From: Heptranchias perlo
Taxonomy: Eukaryota
DNA length: 64,000 bases
NCBI RefSeq assembly: GCF_035084215.1
Contig: NC_090326.1
Location: forward strand, 92,690,001 to 92,754,000
Reading direction: 5' to 3'
The notes under the pieces were generated by a model. The model was not told where the DNA came from, ran no database searches, and worked only from the letters and a program-made list of their open reading frames with translations. A program made the translations under genes and the position numbers. Each line of letters begins with the position of its first letter. Position 1 is the stretch's first letter. Below are positions 36,914 to 49,975 of the stretch, one piece after another.

Positions 36914-38076
36914 GAACATAGGAGCATGGGAATAGGAGTAGGCCATTCAGCCCCTCGTGCCTGCTCCGCCATTTGATAAGATCATGGCTGATCTGTGATC
37001 TAACTCCATACACCCGCCTTTGGCCCATATCCCTTAATACCTTTGATTGCCAAAAAGCTATCTATCTCAGATTTAAATTTAGCAATTGAGCTGGTATCAA
37101 TTGCCGTTTGCGGCAGAGTTCCAAACTTCTACCACCCTGTGTGTGTAAAAATGTTTTCTAATATCACTCCTGAAAGGTCTGGCTCTAATTTTTAGACTGT
37201 GCCCCCTACTCCTAAAAATCCCCAACCAGCGGAAATAGTTTCTCTCTATCCACCCTATCGGTTCCCCTTAATATCTTATAAACTTCGATCAGATCACCCC
37301 TTAACCTTCGAAACTCCAGAGAATACAACCCCAATTTGTGTAATCTCTCCTGATAACTTAACCCTTGAAGTCCGGGTATCATTCTAGTAAACCTACGCTG
37401 CACTCCCTCTAAGGCCAATATGTCCTTCCGAAGGTGCGGTGCCCAGAACTGCTCTCAGTACTCCAGGTGCGGTCTAACCAGGGTTTTGTATAGCTGCAGC
37501 ATAACTTCTGCCCCCTTGTATTCTAGTCCTCTAGATATAAAGGCCAGCATTCCACTAGCTTTATTGATCATTTTCTGCACCTGTTCATGACACTTCAATG
37601 ATCTATGTACCTGAACCCCTAAGTCCCTTTGGACATCCACAGTTTTTAAACTTTTTACCATTTAGAAAGTACCCTGTTCTATCCTTTTTTGATCCAAAGT
37701 GGATGACCTCACATTTGTCTACATTGAATTCCATTTGCCACAGTTTTGCCCATTCACCTAATCTATCAATATCCCTTCGTAATTTTATGTTTTCATCTAC
37801 ACTGCTTACAATGCCACCAATCTTTGTGTCATCGGCAAACTTAGATATGAGACTTTCTATGCCTTCATCTAAGTCGTTAATAAATATTGTGAATAATTGA
37901 GGCCCCAAGACAGATCCCTGCAGGACTCTACTAGTCACATCCTGCCAATGTGAGTACCTACCCATTATCCCTACTCTCTGTCGCCTTTCGCTCAGCCAAC
38001 TTCCTAACCAACTTCCCTCGATTCCATGGGCTTCTATCTTAGCTAACAGTCTCTTATGTGGGACCTTATCAAATGC
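36914..38076 (-). mobile_element. CR1 LINE 3' portion
   Basis: [18 protein letters not shown]...SKFADDTKIG, LVRPHLEY, ALEGVQRRFTRMIPG; tail at 36914. Confidence 0.95.
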
Positions 38077-38197
38077 AAATTCTCCTATATAGTCTAAAGA
38101 TGCTGTGACAAGAATTAGGTATTAGTGTCTAGTTTTGATGTTGTGGATGTTGTCTTAAATCCAGTTACAATACAAAAGCAGTTTTAAAAAAAACATA

Positions 38198-39012
38198 ACT
38201 AGTGAAATGGGCAGTCACATGGCAGATAAAATGCAATGCGGAGAAGTGTGCATTGTGGGAGGAAGCATGAGGAGAGGCAATATAAACTAAATGGTACAAT
38301 TTTAGAGGGGGTGCAGGAACATAGAGACCTGGAGGTTCACATACATTAATCTTTGAAGGTGCCAGGACAAGTTGATAAAAGTTGTTAAAAAAGCATACGG
38401 GACCCTTGGCTTTATAAATAGAGGCATAGAGTACAAAAGCAAGGAAGTTATGCTGGACCTTTATAAATCACTGGTTCGGCCTCAGCTGGAGTATTGTGTT
38501 CAATTCTGGGCACAACACTTTAGGAAGGATGTCAAGGCCTTAGAGAGGTTGCAGAGATTTACTAGAATGATACCAAGGAAGAGGGACTTCAGTTATGTGA
38601 AGAGACTAGAGAAGCTGGGGTTGATCTCCTTAGAGCAGAGAAGGTTATGAGGAAGTTTAATAGGAGGTGTTGAAAATTATATGGGATTTTGATAGAGTAA
38701 ATAAAGAGAAAAGTTTCCACTGGCAAGAGGGTCAATAACCAGAGGACACAGCTTTAAGATAATTAGCAAAAGAACCAGAGGGGAGATGAAGAGAATTTTT
38801 TTTTTATACAGCAAGTTATGATGATCTGGAGTGCACTGCCTGAAAGGGCGGTGGAAGCAGATTCAGTAGTAACTTTCAAATGGGAATGTGATATATACTT
38901 GAAGAGGAAAAAATTGCAGGGCTATGGGGAAGGAGCAGGAGGATAGCTTTTTCAAAGGGCCGGCACAGGCACAATGGGCTACTGGCCCCCTTCTGTGCTG
39001 TATATTATGACT
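38198..39012 (+). mobile_element. CR1 LINE 3' portion
   Basis: VVKKAYGTLGFINRGIEYKSKEVML.LYKSLVRPQLEYCVQFW and a CR1 3' UTR. Confidence 0.92.
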
Positions 39013-39579
39013 TTATGACTGCAGTTAAGACTCGTTACAAGCTTAAACTGATAAATCATCACTGGAGAAGGGAATAATTCAAACTTTGTTGTGTAATTGG
39101 TACAGTTTGTATTTGACTGACAATTCTTTTTCAAATGTGAATGTCTCAGAAATTCAAAATCCCAACAAGTTCCAGCATCTCTTTTCCAAGATATAAGGGT
39201 TGCTCTGTTCAAATCAATAGTTAACTTGGAAAAACCTCAAGGAAGGGACAATAAATTTGAAGCTCCTGAAAAAGAAACAAAACTCACTTAAAAATTCAAA
39301 CAAATGTTTTGAATTATTATAGGCTCCCACAGTAGTTAAGTCAAAAAGGATCATTGAGTATATCTGAAAGCTATTCATAAAAGGATTAGCTTAGTTCCCA
39401 GAGTTGCAATCCTTTTATTATTTTGTTCACTCAAGAAATTAGATAATAGTTATATATTTACACTAGAAAGTCTATCATATAGCTGCTACTTACTTGCTGC
39501 TTTGTCTTGCTTAAAATTTAAAATCATTAAGCTAATTTATTTAACAAGGTATGATGCTCTATTTGCTCACTGAAGATTA

Positions 39580-41500
39580 TAATGAGATCATATGGAGGCA
39601 GGACAAGTCAAGTAGCTAAAAGGCAAATACCAGACAGGGTTTGCTCTGCATTTCCTGACTGTAATACTGAACCCTTACACAGATCTCAAGAAAAGAACAG
39701 ATACTCTCGAAGGTATGCGCATTTGGGACTCAACCACAAGAGCAATCTAAGATACAAGACAACTAAATGTAACATGTTCTAAAATAATCACGGTCAGCGG
39801 CATAGCTTCACAAGTATGCAGCAGGCTGAGGTGGAGACCATTGGTAAAGTAGTAGGACAAAGAGAAACAGCATGAGGAAGACGAAGAGGAAATAGAGGAA
39901 GCAAAGGTACAGCCAGGAAGGTTGATGCAGTGGGCACTCTGATAGCTGCTTCCAATAATTCCAGATCTGGCAAATGAGACACCAGTGTACACAGAAGCAA
40001 CATGCTGTACATTTCCATCTATTGCATATTAAATGTCATCTTAAACCATTCTTCTGTTTACCTTAACAGTCCCTCTCTAATAAAATCTGCTTGCAGTAAA
40101 AGAAAAAAAAAATGCCTAAAATTTATTAGGTGCTCCTAGCTCCACCAATATGCTTTCCCTTGGTAACCATATAAGTGTTTCCTCAGTGGGAGGGGCAAAT
40201 GTGGGTGATGAACATTGTGGATCTCAAGCAATCTACCTCTGGTAAAGGGCTAAAAGAGGTCCTGTTTCAGCTGTCCACATCCAAGAAGCAATACTGCAAG
40301 TGCCTGCATGTTAACTGCCACTTCTGCAATGCTTTAAGGGGTTGGGTGAGCTGGATGCACGTGCAGTCATCTGGAAATGAAGCTGCATCATCTGTCCCTT
40401 CTTTTGTCATGTAATGTCATGTCCATGTGCTGGGTATCTCTGCAGATGACTTAGGATCTGAGTGAAAGCAGACTGCAGTCTACCTCTGAGCAGCATGATG
40501 CCTGCTGTCATGGCTCACAATACCTCAGCCTGGCAAATTCATCAACAGACTCCTGCAAGTTGGAGCCCAAGATTTCCTTAGTTTTTCTCATGAACACTAT
40601 GACTGGGGCTGTGCCTAGGCTTGTACCTCCACTCTCTGGTGACAGTGAAGTTGCCACATGCTTCACTTCAGTCGTGTAAACCCCTCACACAATGCTGCGG
40701 TGAAGTGGGATGTGCACTGCTGCACATTTGTCAAAGATTTTTGCAGGGTCTTCAGCATAATTTAAAGATATGTCACAGACGTCAAAAACAATGCTCTTCT
40801 AAAACCCTTCTCCACACAGCCGAGGAATGCTTCTAGCTGTAAATGTGGGCAGCTGCTTGCTGTTCTTTAGCTGCCACTTCCAGTTGCTCCCCTCCTGTTT
40901 ACTTTGAGGGCTGCTGCAGCTCACAAATGTGGTTTGTATCACGTAAACTATGGCCCAATAGTAAAATAATGTATTCCAAGATGGGAGCTTTTACTTTGGC
41001 GCTGCTGATACCTGCTTCTCCCTCAAGCTTGCTAGATAAATGTCCCAGGATGCTTGGAATTCTGATGCTACTTGTGCCAGGAGGAGCATGACACATGATC
41101 TGCTGTGAAGTGTTCGATGATGACACCTTGGAGGACCCTGTGTTAAATGGTTTCAAAATGGGGGCAAGGGGGCATGATGCCAATATACTATATGCCATTC
41201 TGCTGTTGTGCAACGTATTACTGAGTGAGAATGAGTAAGTAAGGGTAACGAGTTTAAGAAAAGGATACTTTCTGGATGGTGACAGCATGCCTCTTTCCTT
41301 CCCTTATTCCCCCTGCAAATTCCAAATCAAAAATGCTGAGAACCATCTCCTCAAACAGCTTCTTCAAATTGTGAGGGTCGTCACCAGTGCACGTGCGCTC
41401 GCAGTGGTTGTGGCTTTCTCCTGGAAGCACATATAAGTCATCAGATGTTAGAAGTTGGCAGACCTCAGAATGCTACCTCTGTGGTCAGTCCACATCCTTC
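39580..41500. mobile_element. Possible highly decayed Harbinger remnant (transposase C-terminus on +, Myb-like gene on -)
   Basis: Weak remnants: RRY...TTRAI, KIITV...LH and an acidic EEDEEEIEE tail at about 39700-39910; a minus-strand REK...TG-like segment near 40870-41035. Pattern-level support only. Confidence 0.35.
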
Positions 41501-41780
41501 ATATGAATGCATTTTAGTGCAGCATGCCTAGTTGCTGGTGGCAGTGCTGGTTCAGAGCACACCTTTCAACTTGTGCGTGTTGCAGTGCAAGCAATTTGTG
41601 TGCCTCCCAAAAAGTCTGCCATTCAATGACACTATGTAGAAAAAGGGCGAATATTGCTCCCATGCTACCTTCCTGAGGCTGCTGCAGCTCACAAATGTGG
41701 TTTGTATCACGTAAACTATGGCCCAATAGTAAAATAACGTATTCCAAGATGGGAGCTTTTACTTTGGCGCTGCTGATACC
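40909..41780 (+). repeat. 104-bp direct repeat pair (40909-41012 and 41677-41780), one mismatch
   Basis: GGCTGCTGCAGCTCACAAATGTGG...TTACTTTGGCGCTGCTGATACC occurs twice; the only difference is AATAAT versus AATAAC. Confidence 0.97.
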
Positions 41781-41957
41781 ACAAAACTTTTACCTCATTT
41801 GTTCCCAAGCTGATTCCATTCACTGTCTGCAATCTCATTTCAAGCAGCTTGCCCCTCTGATTTGACAGGAGAGAGTGTGCTACCCCTCCAAACAGAGACA
41901 CCCCACCTTTACTGCAGTTTTCTGTAGCAGGACTTCCAAGGAGTAATAGTTTCCACA

Positions 41958-42075
41958 ACCTTCTTCAACCAATGCCACCTAAGAAAACGGATCAAATGGT
42001 AATTCATCTCACTGTTTAAGGGATGTTGCAGGCACAGAATGGCTGCGTCAGTTGCCGACATAACAACAATTCAAA
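41958..42075 (+). mobile_element. DeuSINE fragment
   Basis: CTTCAACCAATGCCACCTAAGAAAACGGATCAAATGGTAATTCATCTCACTGTTT resembles 9440-9495. Confidence 0.55.
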
Positions 42076-44226
42076 AAGTGATGGTGTTTCAGAGCACTTC
42101 ATACAATTAAACAAAATTAAGGCAAAGTACTACAAGTATTTATAGTGCCTCATGGTGAGAATGCAACAAACCTGGTAAATATTGGCACTTGCTAAATGTT
42201 GACCATCATTCCACCATTGACAAAAAGCAAAATCCACACACGTACCAGTTGAGATGTGAACCTTTTTGTGACCACTGTGGCAGATTTAGTTGTAAAGATC
42301 TCACAATATGCCTGACGTCTAAAGCATTGAAATTTACTGGCATCAAGCCATCTGAGGTTGACTTTTGGCTGGAGTTTGATCGCTCAACTGGAGGAATGCC
42401 AGCTGTTTTAGATATTAACTATCTGCCTGGCATTGAGAATGTGGAACAGTCTGAAACCTGATTCCTATTAAGGAGATGTCTTGGAAAGTTTCCAATTGAG
42501 ACCTTTCCAAATTCTCTACAAGACCCTGCTGGCAGAATGCTTACAGTTTGAAGGACAGTTATACTGGCTCTTTCCCAAGAGTCTCTCCTCTTTAATCAGC
42601 GATCTTGCTAGGAGCAGATATATACCACCCACTGCAGCGTGACTATGACTGATAAACATTCAGTAAGGTACCCTGAGGTCAGAAGTTAGACCAAAAGTTA
42701 ATTCTTATAATGTTATCACGTGGCTAGCTGGAACCTGGAAACTTTCAGCAATTCTCCTTGATGACCGGGTAGAAATAAATATCTTTTTAGGCTCCTACCC
42801 AACTTCTTGAACATACTGCGTAAATAATATTGGACAGTGTGATCATTTTGAACTCTTCCTTTTTAGGGAGTTTTTTCCCCCCAGGAAATAAATAATGAGA
42901 AGATTTTGGGATCTTTCTACAGTCCATTTTTTGCCACCCTGCAAAGTCATACAGCCAAAGGTCAGAGATTAATGTTTCGGGTAGGAGAAGACTATGGCAC
43001 TCCCCCCCCCCCCCCCCGAGCCATCACTACTCCTTTGCCTTCCTTCTCTCCTGCCACCATTCTAGGCTTGAATCCCCTTTGAACAAACCCACAGCTATTC
43101 TCTGTGCCTCTTTTGGCATACTCCAAGAGGGCCTATTGAAGCATCCATCGCCGCCTCCTTACAAGCAGCAACCCCAACTGCTGCATCTTCCTCTCTCACT
43201 GTTCCTCCTGCCCAGCGCACCCACTGGGGGCTAACCGTGACAACTTCCTTCCCATCACTCTCACCTCACCTGTCACTATCCCCTTTGACTCTGCCAGCTT
43301 ACCAATCACAGATCCTCACATTTCCTCCCACAATGTCCACTCACTCATTCACTTGCCATCCAAAAAAGCTATCTTTCATCATCAGGAACGTCAGTTTATA
43401 TTTACCCAGCTGCAAAAATATAAATACTCTTAACAAGTTACGGATAAAACCCACCTCTTCCCTCTGGGTGCACTACTAGACTCTGCAGAGCAGTAAACTT
43501 TGCAAAGTGTGGTGCCGGCCATTCTCAAAGATGTGGTTGGGCTGTCAATTCTCAAGTAGATAACTGGAGCAGCACCAAAAGAAAAATGAGCCAAATAATG
43601 GTTAAAATAATACTCCAAATCATTTAAAAATAATGGTTAACACACCAATCCTACAGCAACTCATTTAAAAATAAATTGGTTGAAATTACCTGGATTACAA
43701 CACAAGATTGGGCACAGTAAACTTGGGGTGCAGAGTTTGAACAGAATTCTGAGTCAACAGATAGAATGGCAAAAAAACAGGCTAGACAGACCAAACTATC
43801 TTTTCTAGTTCCCAAATTCCTTATGTGCTATACATCATTTGAAGCAAGCTTAAACTGGCAATGCTAAACAAACTTGCAATTCTTACCAATACTGTTAAAG
43901 TTCCAGTAAAATAGTGTTAAGCCACAGGAAACCCAGCTTCAGATTCTTCTGCATGTCTGGATTTAAAAGCAATAACTACAATGGGCCTGAAATTCTGCAA
44001 CCCTGGGACTGGATATACAATGGGCATAATTTTAACATGGCGGCAGGGTGAATAGTTGCGTGGGAAACCTGGACAAATTTTCCATGCGTCGGCTCAAGCG
44101 ATCACAACTACATTGAAGGCCCTTAATGTGACTTCTGGGTTTCGCGTCTCCAAGCTGCGCAGCGGACGTACTGCGCACCCGAATGATGTACTGGAAACTG
44201 GAGAATTTAAAGAGCCATTGCAACCA

Positions 44227-46347
44227 TGGATTTTGAGGGAGAAAGGAGGAATGTGCAGAGATGCAGCACCCCGCTTTAACGACTCTTCTCGAGTTGCTAC
44301 TGGCTGGTGCGAGGAGCAGGAGGGACATACCGTACCTGGCTGATCAGAGGAAGCGCCCTGTCTCTACCAACAAAAAGGCCTGGCTCGAGGTGACAGAGGA
44401 GCTGAGCAGCAGGAGCACCAAGGCAAGGTCGTGGGTGCAGTGCAGGAAGCGCTTTAATGACCTGACCAGGTCAGAAAAACTGAGTAGTTACTGATTCACC
44501 TACATCCTGTGGTGTACATTAACCAAACCTCACTCTATCTTGCCAAGCATTCTCCATCACATCATTCCACACACCCACTTAAGTCTCACCATCAACTTAT
44601 CTTCACTTTCTGTGCACTTCATCACCTCCCCATTTGTGAACCCACCACTCCCACTCACCCCAATCCTGATGCAATGTCATGAGTCTGTCTGATACTCACC
44701 CTCTGATGCATCTCTTTCATTGGCAGCCTCACCTAAAGCAATGCATCCATCGGGTGACCATGTCACCATCACTCACTCACGTGTCTGTTCTTTCTCCCAT
44801 TGTAGGAGAAACATAGAAATGGAGTAGGCCATTCGGCCCTTCGAGCCTGCTCCACCATTCAATATGATAATGGCTGATCCTCTATCTCAATAGCATATTC
44901 CCGCTCTCTCCCCGTACCCCTTGATGCCTTGTGTCTAGAAACCTATCTAGCTCCTTCTTAAATATATTCAGTGATTTGGCCTCCACAGCCTTCTGTGGTA
45001 GAGAATTCCACAGGTTCACTACCCTCAGTGAAGAAATTTCTCCACATTTCAGTCCTAAATGTCCTACCCTATATCCCCTCGTTCTGGACTCCCCAGGAGA
45101 GAGCGCAAAATGCACGGGAGAGGAGTAGGACTGGAGGGTGCCACCACAAACAGTGCCCCTGACAGAGGCGGAGGAGGCGGCCTTGGAGCTCAGCTGCACG
45201 GTTAAATGCCTGGCTGTTGGAGATGGAGACTGGCAGCCCGCAAACAGCTGGTGACAGAACTTTAACATCCTTCACACACATCACAAATTGATGTTATCAA
45301 TGATTGACCGATTTCACAACTCATTGCAAACTAACATCTACAATGATTGTTAATATTGCTTTATGTTCTCTTCCAAGGCCTTCAAGGATTGATGAGGAGG
45401 CATGCGCCACAGAAGAGGGCGATCCCTCACAGGAGCTCCATTTCTCTGAGGGAGCACGATCACATCATATCCAGCCATGCACCAGCGAAGATACTGGCAC
45501 TTCGGTGGGTCCTGTTGGGCAGATAGTTGGATTGTCACCTGGTGATTCACCACTCAAGTGTGCACGAGCAGACACTGGTGGCAGGGGCAGCTGTGGAGAG
45601 TCTGTGTCGGGAGACACACTTCTCTCTAACATCTGCTCAGCTGGATGCAGATGCTGAACCCTGGGGGCCATCGCTGAGAATGATGTTTGATAGAGGTACA
45701 GCTACATCTTTGCGAGGTACTGAAAAACGCACACTCTCCACAATAGCGGAGAGGATGGAGGAGTCCATCTCCAGCATCAGTAGAATGGTGGCACAGTTGA
45801 GTGTGGGATTGTCTGCGATGGAGAGAATAGCAGCCTTCAACGAGCTTCAAGCATGGCTCACAAATGAGTCCATTCAGGCCATGACAAGAGCCCTGCGGAC
45901 TCTGGATGCCAGCGCATCTGCCACCTTAAACTGGCAGACAGATACTTTAGCCGTGGCCTTCAAAAGCATCACAGATCTGCTCCAAGCTGTTGTCCAGTAG
46001 AGCGGTAGAAGTGACATGGTCCTGGCCCAAGGGGGGGATAATGGCGAAAAGGGCCATGGGAGCATGGTCTCCACTCAAAGCGCTCCCCATCTCATCCGTT
46101 GCCACCCCCCCACCCCACAAACCCGGTACCCTCAATTCTGCCTCCTCTCCCGATGGCCGAGTCTGCCCCTGCACAGGTGAAGCAGACTTGGCAGGGCCCT
46201 CATGAACTCCAAAACCCAGAGGTCATAGGCTAAGAGCATCTCAGCAGTCAAGGCAGGGACCTGAGCAACCAGCCACTATCTCTGCTGAAGCCACAGGGGA
46301 TGCACCACGTAGAAGCGGTAGGAAGAGAAAGGCGAAGATTTTGTAAT
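44227..46347 (+). pseudogene. Harbinger Myb/SANT-like DNA-binding protein gene, three exons, frameshifted
   Basis: Exon 1: APRFND..LELLLAGARSRRD...KKAWLEVTEELSSRSTKARSWVQCRKRFNDL. Acceptor TTGTAG at 44805; exon 2 continues after the CR1 as RAQNARERSRTGG...PLTEAEEAALEL. Acceptor TTCCAAG at 45377; final exon ends RRSGRKRKAKIL-stop. Confidence 0.8.
44810..45094 (-). mobile_element. Short CR1 3' insertion with 6-bp target-site duplication
   Basis: AGGAGA at 44804-44809 and 45095-45100 flank a CR1 3' end (VVNLWNSLPQKAVEA). Confidence 0.9.
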
Positions 46348-46599
46348 CACCAAGGATATGCACAAGGGTGTCTGATGCAATTTCATATATATTTGTTTTT
46401 TTCTTACATGCACATTAAATGTTATAATTGTCACCACCACTGCAACATCTTGTCCATTCTTGAGTCCCTTTTGTGAAAGTACCCTTTCATATGTTTCATC
46501 ATGAACGCCAAGACTTGATGCCACCCATTGGGTGCATTTACAATGAGTGTATGTGTGATTGAAGGACAAGCGGGGTGGTGGGGAGTGCTGGTTTTGGTT

Positions 46600-48885
46600 C
46601 TCCAAGGGGGTCTGAGTAGTTCACGATCTTCAGTTTGCATAACATGATAGAATTCTTCATTAAGATGGAAAGTGAAGTAGTCCAATCTGAAACTAGGGTC
46701 CTAAATCTAAACGGAAACTATGGGAAGGTATGAGGAGTGAATTGGCTGTGATAGATTAGGAAGGTTCATTAAAAGGCATGACGGTGGATAGGCAATGGCT
46801 AACATTTGAGGAACGAATGCATGAATTGCAACAATTATACATTCCTTTCTGACGCAAAAACACAAAAGGAAAAGCAGCCCAACCATGGCTAAAAAGAGAT
46901 TAAGGATAGTATTAGATCCAAAGAGGAGTCATATAAAGTTGCCAGAAAAAGTAGCAAGCCTGAGGATTGGAAGCAGTTTGGAATTCAAAAAATGACCAAG
47001 AGATTGATTAAGAGGGGGAAAAGAGTAGGAGAGTAAGCTTGCAAGGAACATAAAAGTGGACTGTAAAAGCTTCTACAAGTATGTAAAAAGAAAAAGATTA
47101 GTGAAGACAAATGTAGGTCCCTTACAGTCAGAAACGGGAGAATTTATAATGGGGAACAAGGAAATGGCAGAGCAATTAAACAAATACTTTGGTTCTGTCT
47201 TCACGGAAGAGGACACAAATAACTTCCCAGAAATGCTAGGGAACCAAGGGACTAGTGAGAAGGAGGAATTAAAGGGAATTAGTATTAGTATAAAAAGTGC
47301 TGGAGAAATTAATGGGACTGAAAGCTGATAAATCCCCAGGGCCTGAGTACTAAAAGAGGTTGCCATGGAAATAGTGGATGCATTAGTTGTCATCTTCCAA
47401 AATTTGATAGATTATGGAACAGTTCCTGCAGATTCGAGAGTGGCAAATATAACCCCACTATTTAAAAAAGGAGAGAGAGAAAACAGGGAACTACAGACCA
47501 GTTAGCCTAACATCAGTAGTAGGGAAAATGTTAGAGTCTATTACAAAGGATGTGATAACAGGACACTTGGAAAATATCAGCGGGATTAGACAAAGTCAAC
47601 ATGGATTTATGAAAGGGAAATCATGTTTGACAAACTTACTGGAGTTTTTTGAGGATGTAATTGGTAGAATAGATAAGGGAGAACACCACGGTGGATGTAG
47701 TTTATTTGGATTTTCAGAAGATCTTTGATAAAGTCCCACATAAGAGGTTAGTGTGCAAAATTAAAGCACATGGGATTGGGGGTAATATACTAGCATCGAT
47801 TGAAAATTGGTTAACAGACAGGAAACAGAGTAGGAATAAATGGGTCTTTTTTGGGGTGGCAGGCAGTGACGAGTGGGGTACCGCTTGGGCCCCAGCTATT
47901 CACAATATATATCGATGATATGGATGAGGGAACCAAATGTAATATTTCCAAGTTTGCTGACGACAAAATTAGGTGGGATTGTGAGTTGTGAGGAGGATGC
48001 AAAGAGGCTTCAAGGCGATTTATTCAAGTTGAGTGAGTGGGCAAATACATGGCAGATGCAGTATAATATGGATAAATGTGAAGTTATCCACTTCGGAAGG
48101 AAAAACAGAAAGGCAGAGTATTATTTAAATGGTGATAGATTGGGAAATGTTGATGTACAAAGGGACCTGGGTGTTCTTGTACACCAGTCACTGAAAGCAA
48201 ACATGCAGGTGCAGCAAGCAGTTAAAAAGGCATATGCTATGTTGGCCTTCATTGCAAGAGGATTTGAGTACAGGAGCAAGGATGTCTTACTGCAGTTATA
48301 CAGGGCCTTGGTGAAACCACACCTGGAGTATTGTATGCAGTTTCGGTCTCCTTACCTAAGAAAGGATATACTTGCCATAGAGGGAATGCAGCGAAGGTTC
48401 ACCAGACTGATTCCTGGGATGGCAGGACTGTCGTATGAGAGATTGGGTCGACTCAGCATGTATTCACTCGAGTTTAGAAGAATGAGGGGGCATCTCATTG
48501 AAACATATAAAATTCTGACAGGGATAGTCTGACTGGATGCAGGGAGGATGTTTCCCCTGGCAGGGGGGTCCAGAATGAGGAGTCACAGTCTCAGGATACG
48601 GGGTAGAACATTTAGGGCTGAGATGAGGAGAAATTTCTTCACTCAGGGTGGTGAACCTGTGGAATTCTCTACCACAGAAGGCTGTGGAGGCCAAGTCACT
48701 GAATATAGTTAAGAAGGAGCTAGATAGATTTCTAGACACAGAAGGCATCAAGGGGTATGGGAAGAGAGCAGGAATATGCTATTGAGATCAAGGGTCAGCC
48801 ATTATCATATTGAATGGCGGAGCAGGCTCGAAGAGCTGAAGGGCCTACTCCTGCTCCTATTTTCTGTGTTTCTATATTTCTATGC
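46600..48885 (+). mobile_element. CR1 LINE (end of EN, RT, 3' UTR) inserted between the Harbinger genes
   Basis: KSFYKYVKRKR, MAEQLNKYFGSVFT, QHGFMKGKSCLTNLLEFFE, LVKPHLEYC; tail TTTCTGTGTTTCTATATTTCTATG. Confidence 0.95.
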
Positions 48886-48893
48886 ACATCTCC

Positions 48894-49705
48894 TTATGAG
48901 AACTTGTTAGTTAACAGTGGCATCACGAGCAGCCATGTGCACTGCTGTTCTGGTGATGGGTTGCCCATCTTTCTTCTCCTCCTCACCTTCTTCAACATTG
49001 CCAGCAGATGAGGATGCTTCATGAGCACATTCGAGCTCTTCCACCTGTAACCTTCTCTGCTGAGCGATGTTGTGCAGGACGCAACACACACCTATTATTC
49101 TGCACACCCTCGCTGGTGAGTACTGAAGGGCTCCATCAGATCTATCCAGGCGCCTGAAGCACAGCATCAGCATTCCTATGACTTGCTCAATGACAGACCT
49201 GGTGATGATGTGACTGTCGTTGTACCGCTGCTGTACTTCATTGGTGGGATTTTTCACAGGTATCATGAGCCACATCTGCAGGGGGTATCCCTGTCTCCAA
49301 GAAGCCTGCCCTTAAGTCGGTCTTGTGTGGAAGAGGGCTGGAATGTTGGACTCGCACAAAATTAAGGAATCATGGCAGCTGCCAGGGAATTTGGCACACA
49401 ACTGCAGAAATTTCTTCCAGTAGTCACAAATGAGCTGCGCATAGATAGAGTTATATTCCTTTCGGTTAATGAACAGTCCTGGCTCATGTGTAGGTACTCG
49501 GTTTGCTATGTGTGTGCAATCAATTGCGCCCTGCACCCTGCGAAGGCAGGCAGTGTGTTGAAACCCACTCCCCTCTCAGTCTGGCTGATGTCATCACAGG
49601 GGGAAGTTGACATAGTTGGATACCCTGGCAAACAAGCCATCCGTGACCTGTCGTATACACTTATGTGCAGACGACTGAGACACCCTGGAGATGTTACCGG
49701 TGGAC
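48894..49705 (-). pseudogene. Harbinger (HARBI1-like) DDE transposase, 5'-truncated and frameshifted
   Basis: QGAIDCTHIA...FINRKEYNSIYAQLICD...AKFPGSCHDSLIL, LLGDRGYP, WLMIP...RYNDSHIITRSVIEQVIGML..FRRLD...LQYSPARVCRIIGVCCVLHNIA. Confidence 0.92.
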
Positions 49706-49975
49706 ATGTTAAACCAAAGCCCCATCTGGCCTCTCACGTGGACATAAAAAAAAAATCTCATGGCACCTCTTGAAGGGGAGCGAGGGGAGGTTTAACTTGG
49801 TGAACATCTGTTCATTTATTTCATTGCTGTTTGTGAGACCTTGTTGTACACAAATTGGCTGCCGTGTTTGCCTACAATAAAACAGTGACCACACTTCAGA
49901 AGTACTTCACTGGCTGTGATGTGCTTTGGAATGTCCTGAGGATCTGCTGGGCATTATATAAATGGAAGTTTTTTC
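49705..49975 (+). mobile_element. DeuSINE-type SINE, 5'-truncated
   Basis: CCCCATCTGGCCTCTCACGTGGAC...TTTCATTGCTGTTTGTGAGACC...CAAATTGGCTGCCGTGTTTGCCTACA...GTCCTGAGG...TATATAAATG matches 9345-9625. Confidence 0.8.

Larger units (their letters stand above)
44022..49705. mobile_element. PIF/Harbinger DNA transposon (convergent Myb/SANT-like gene and transposase), interrupted by two CR1s, right end lost
   Basis: Left TIR GGGCATAATTTTAAC; Myb-like gene on +, DDE transposase on -; truncated by a SINE at about 49705. Confidence 0.88.
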
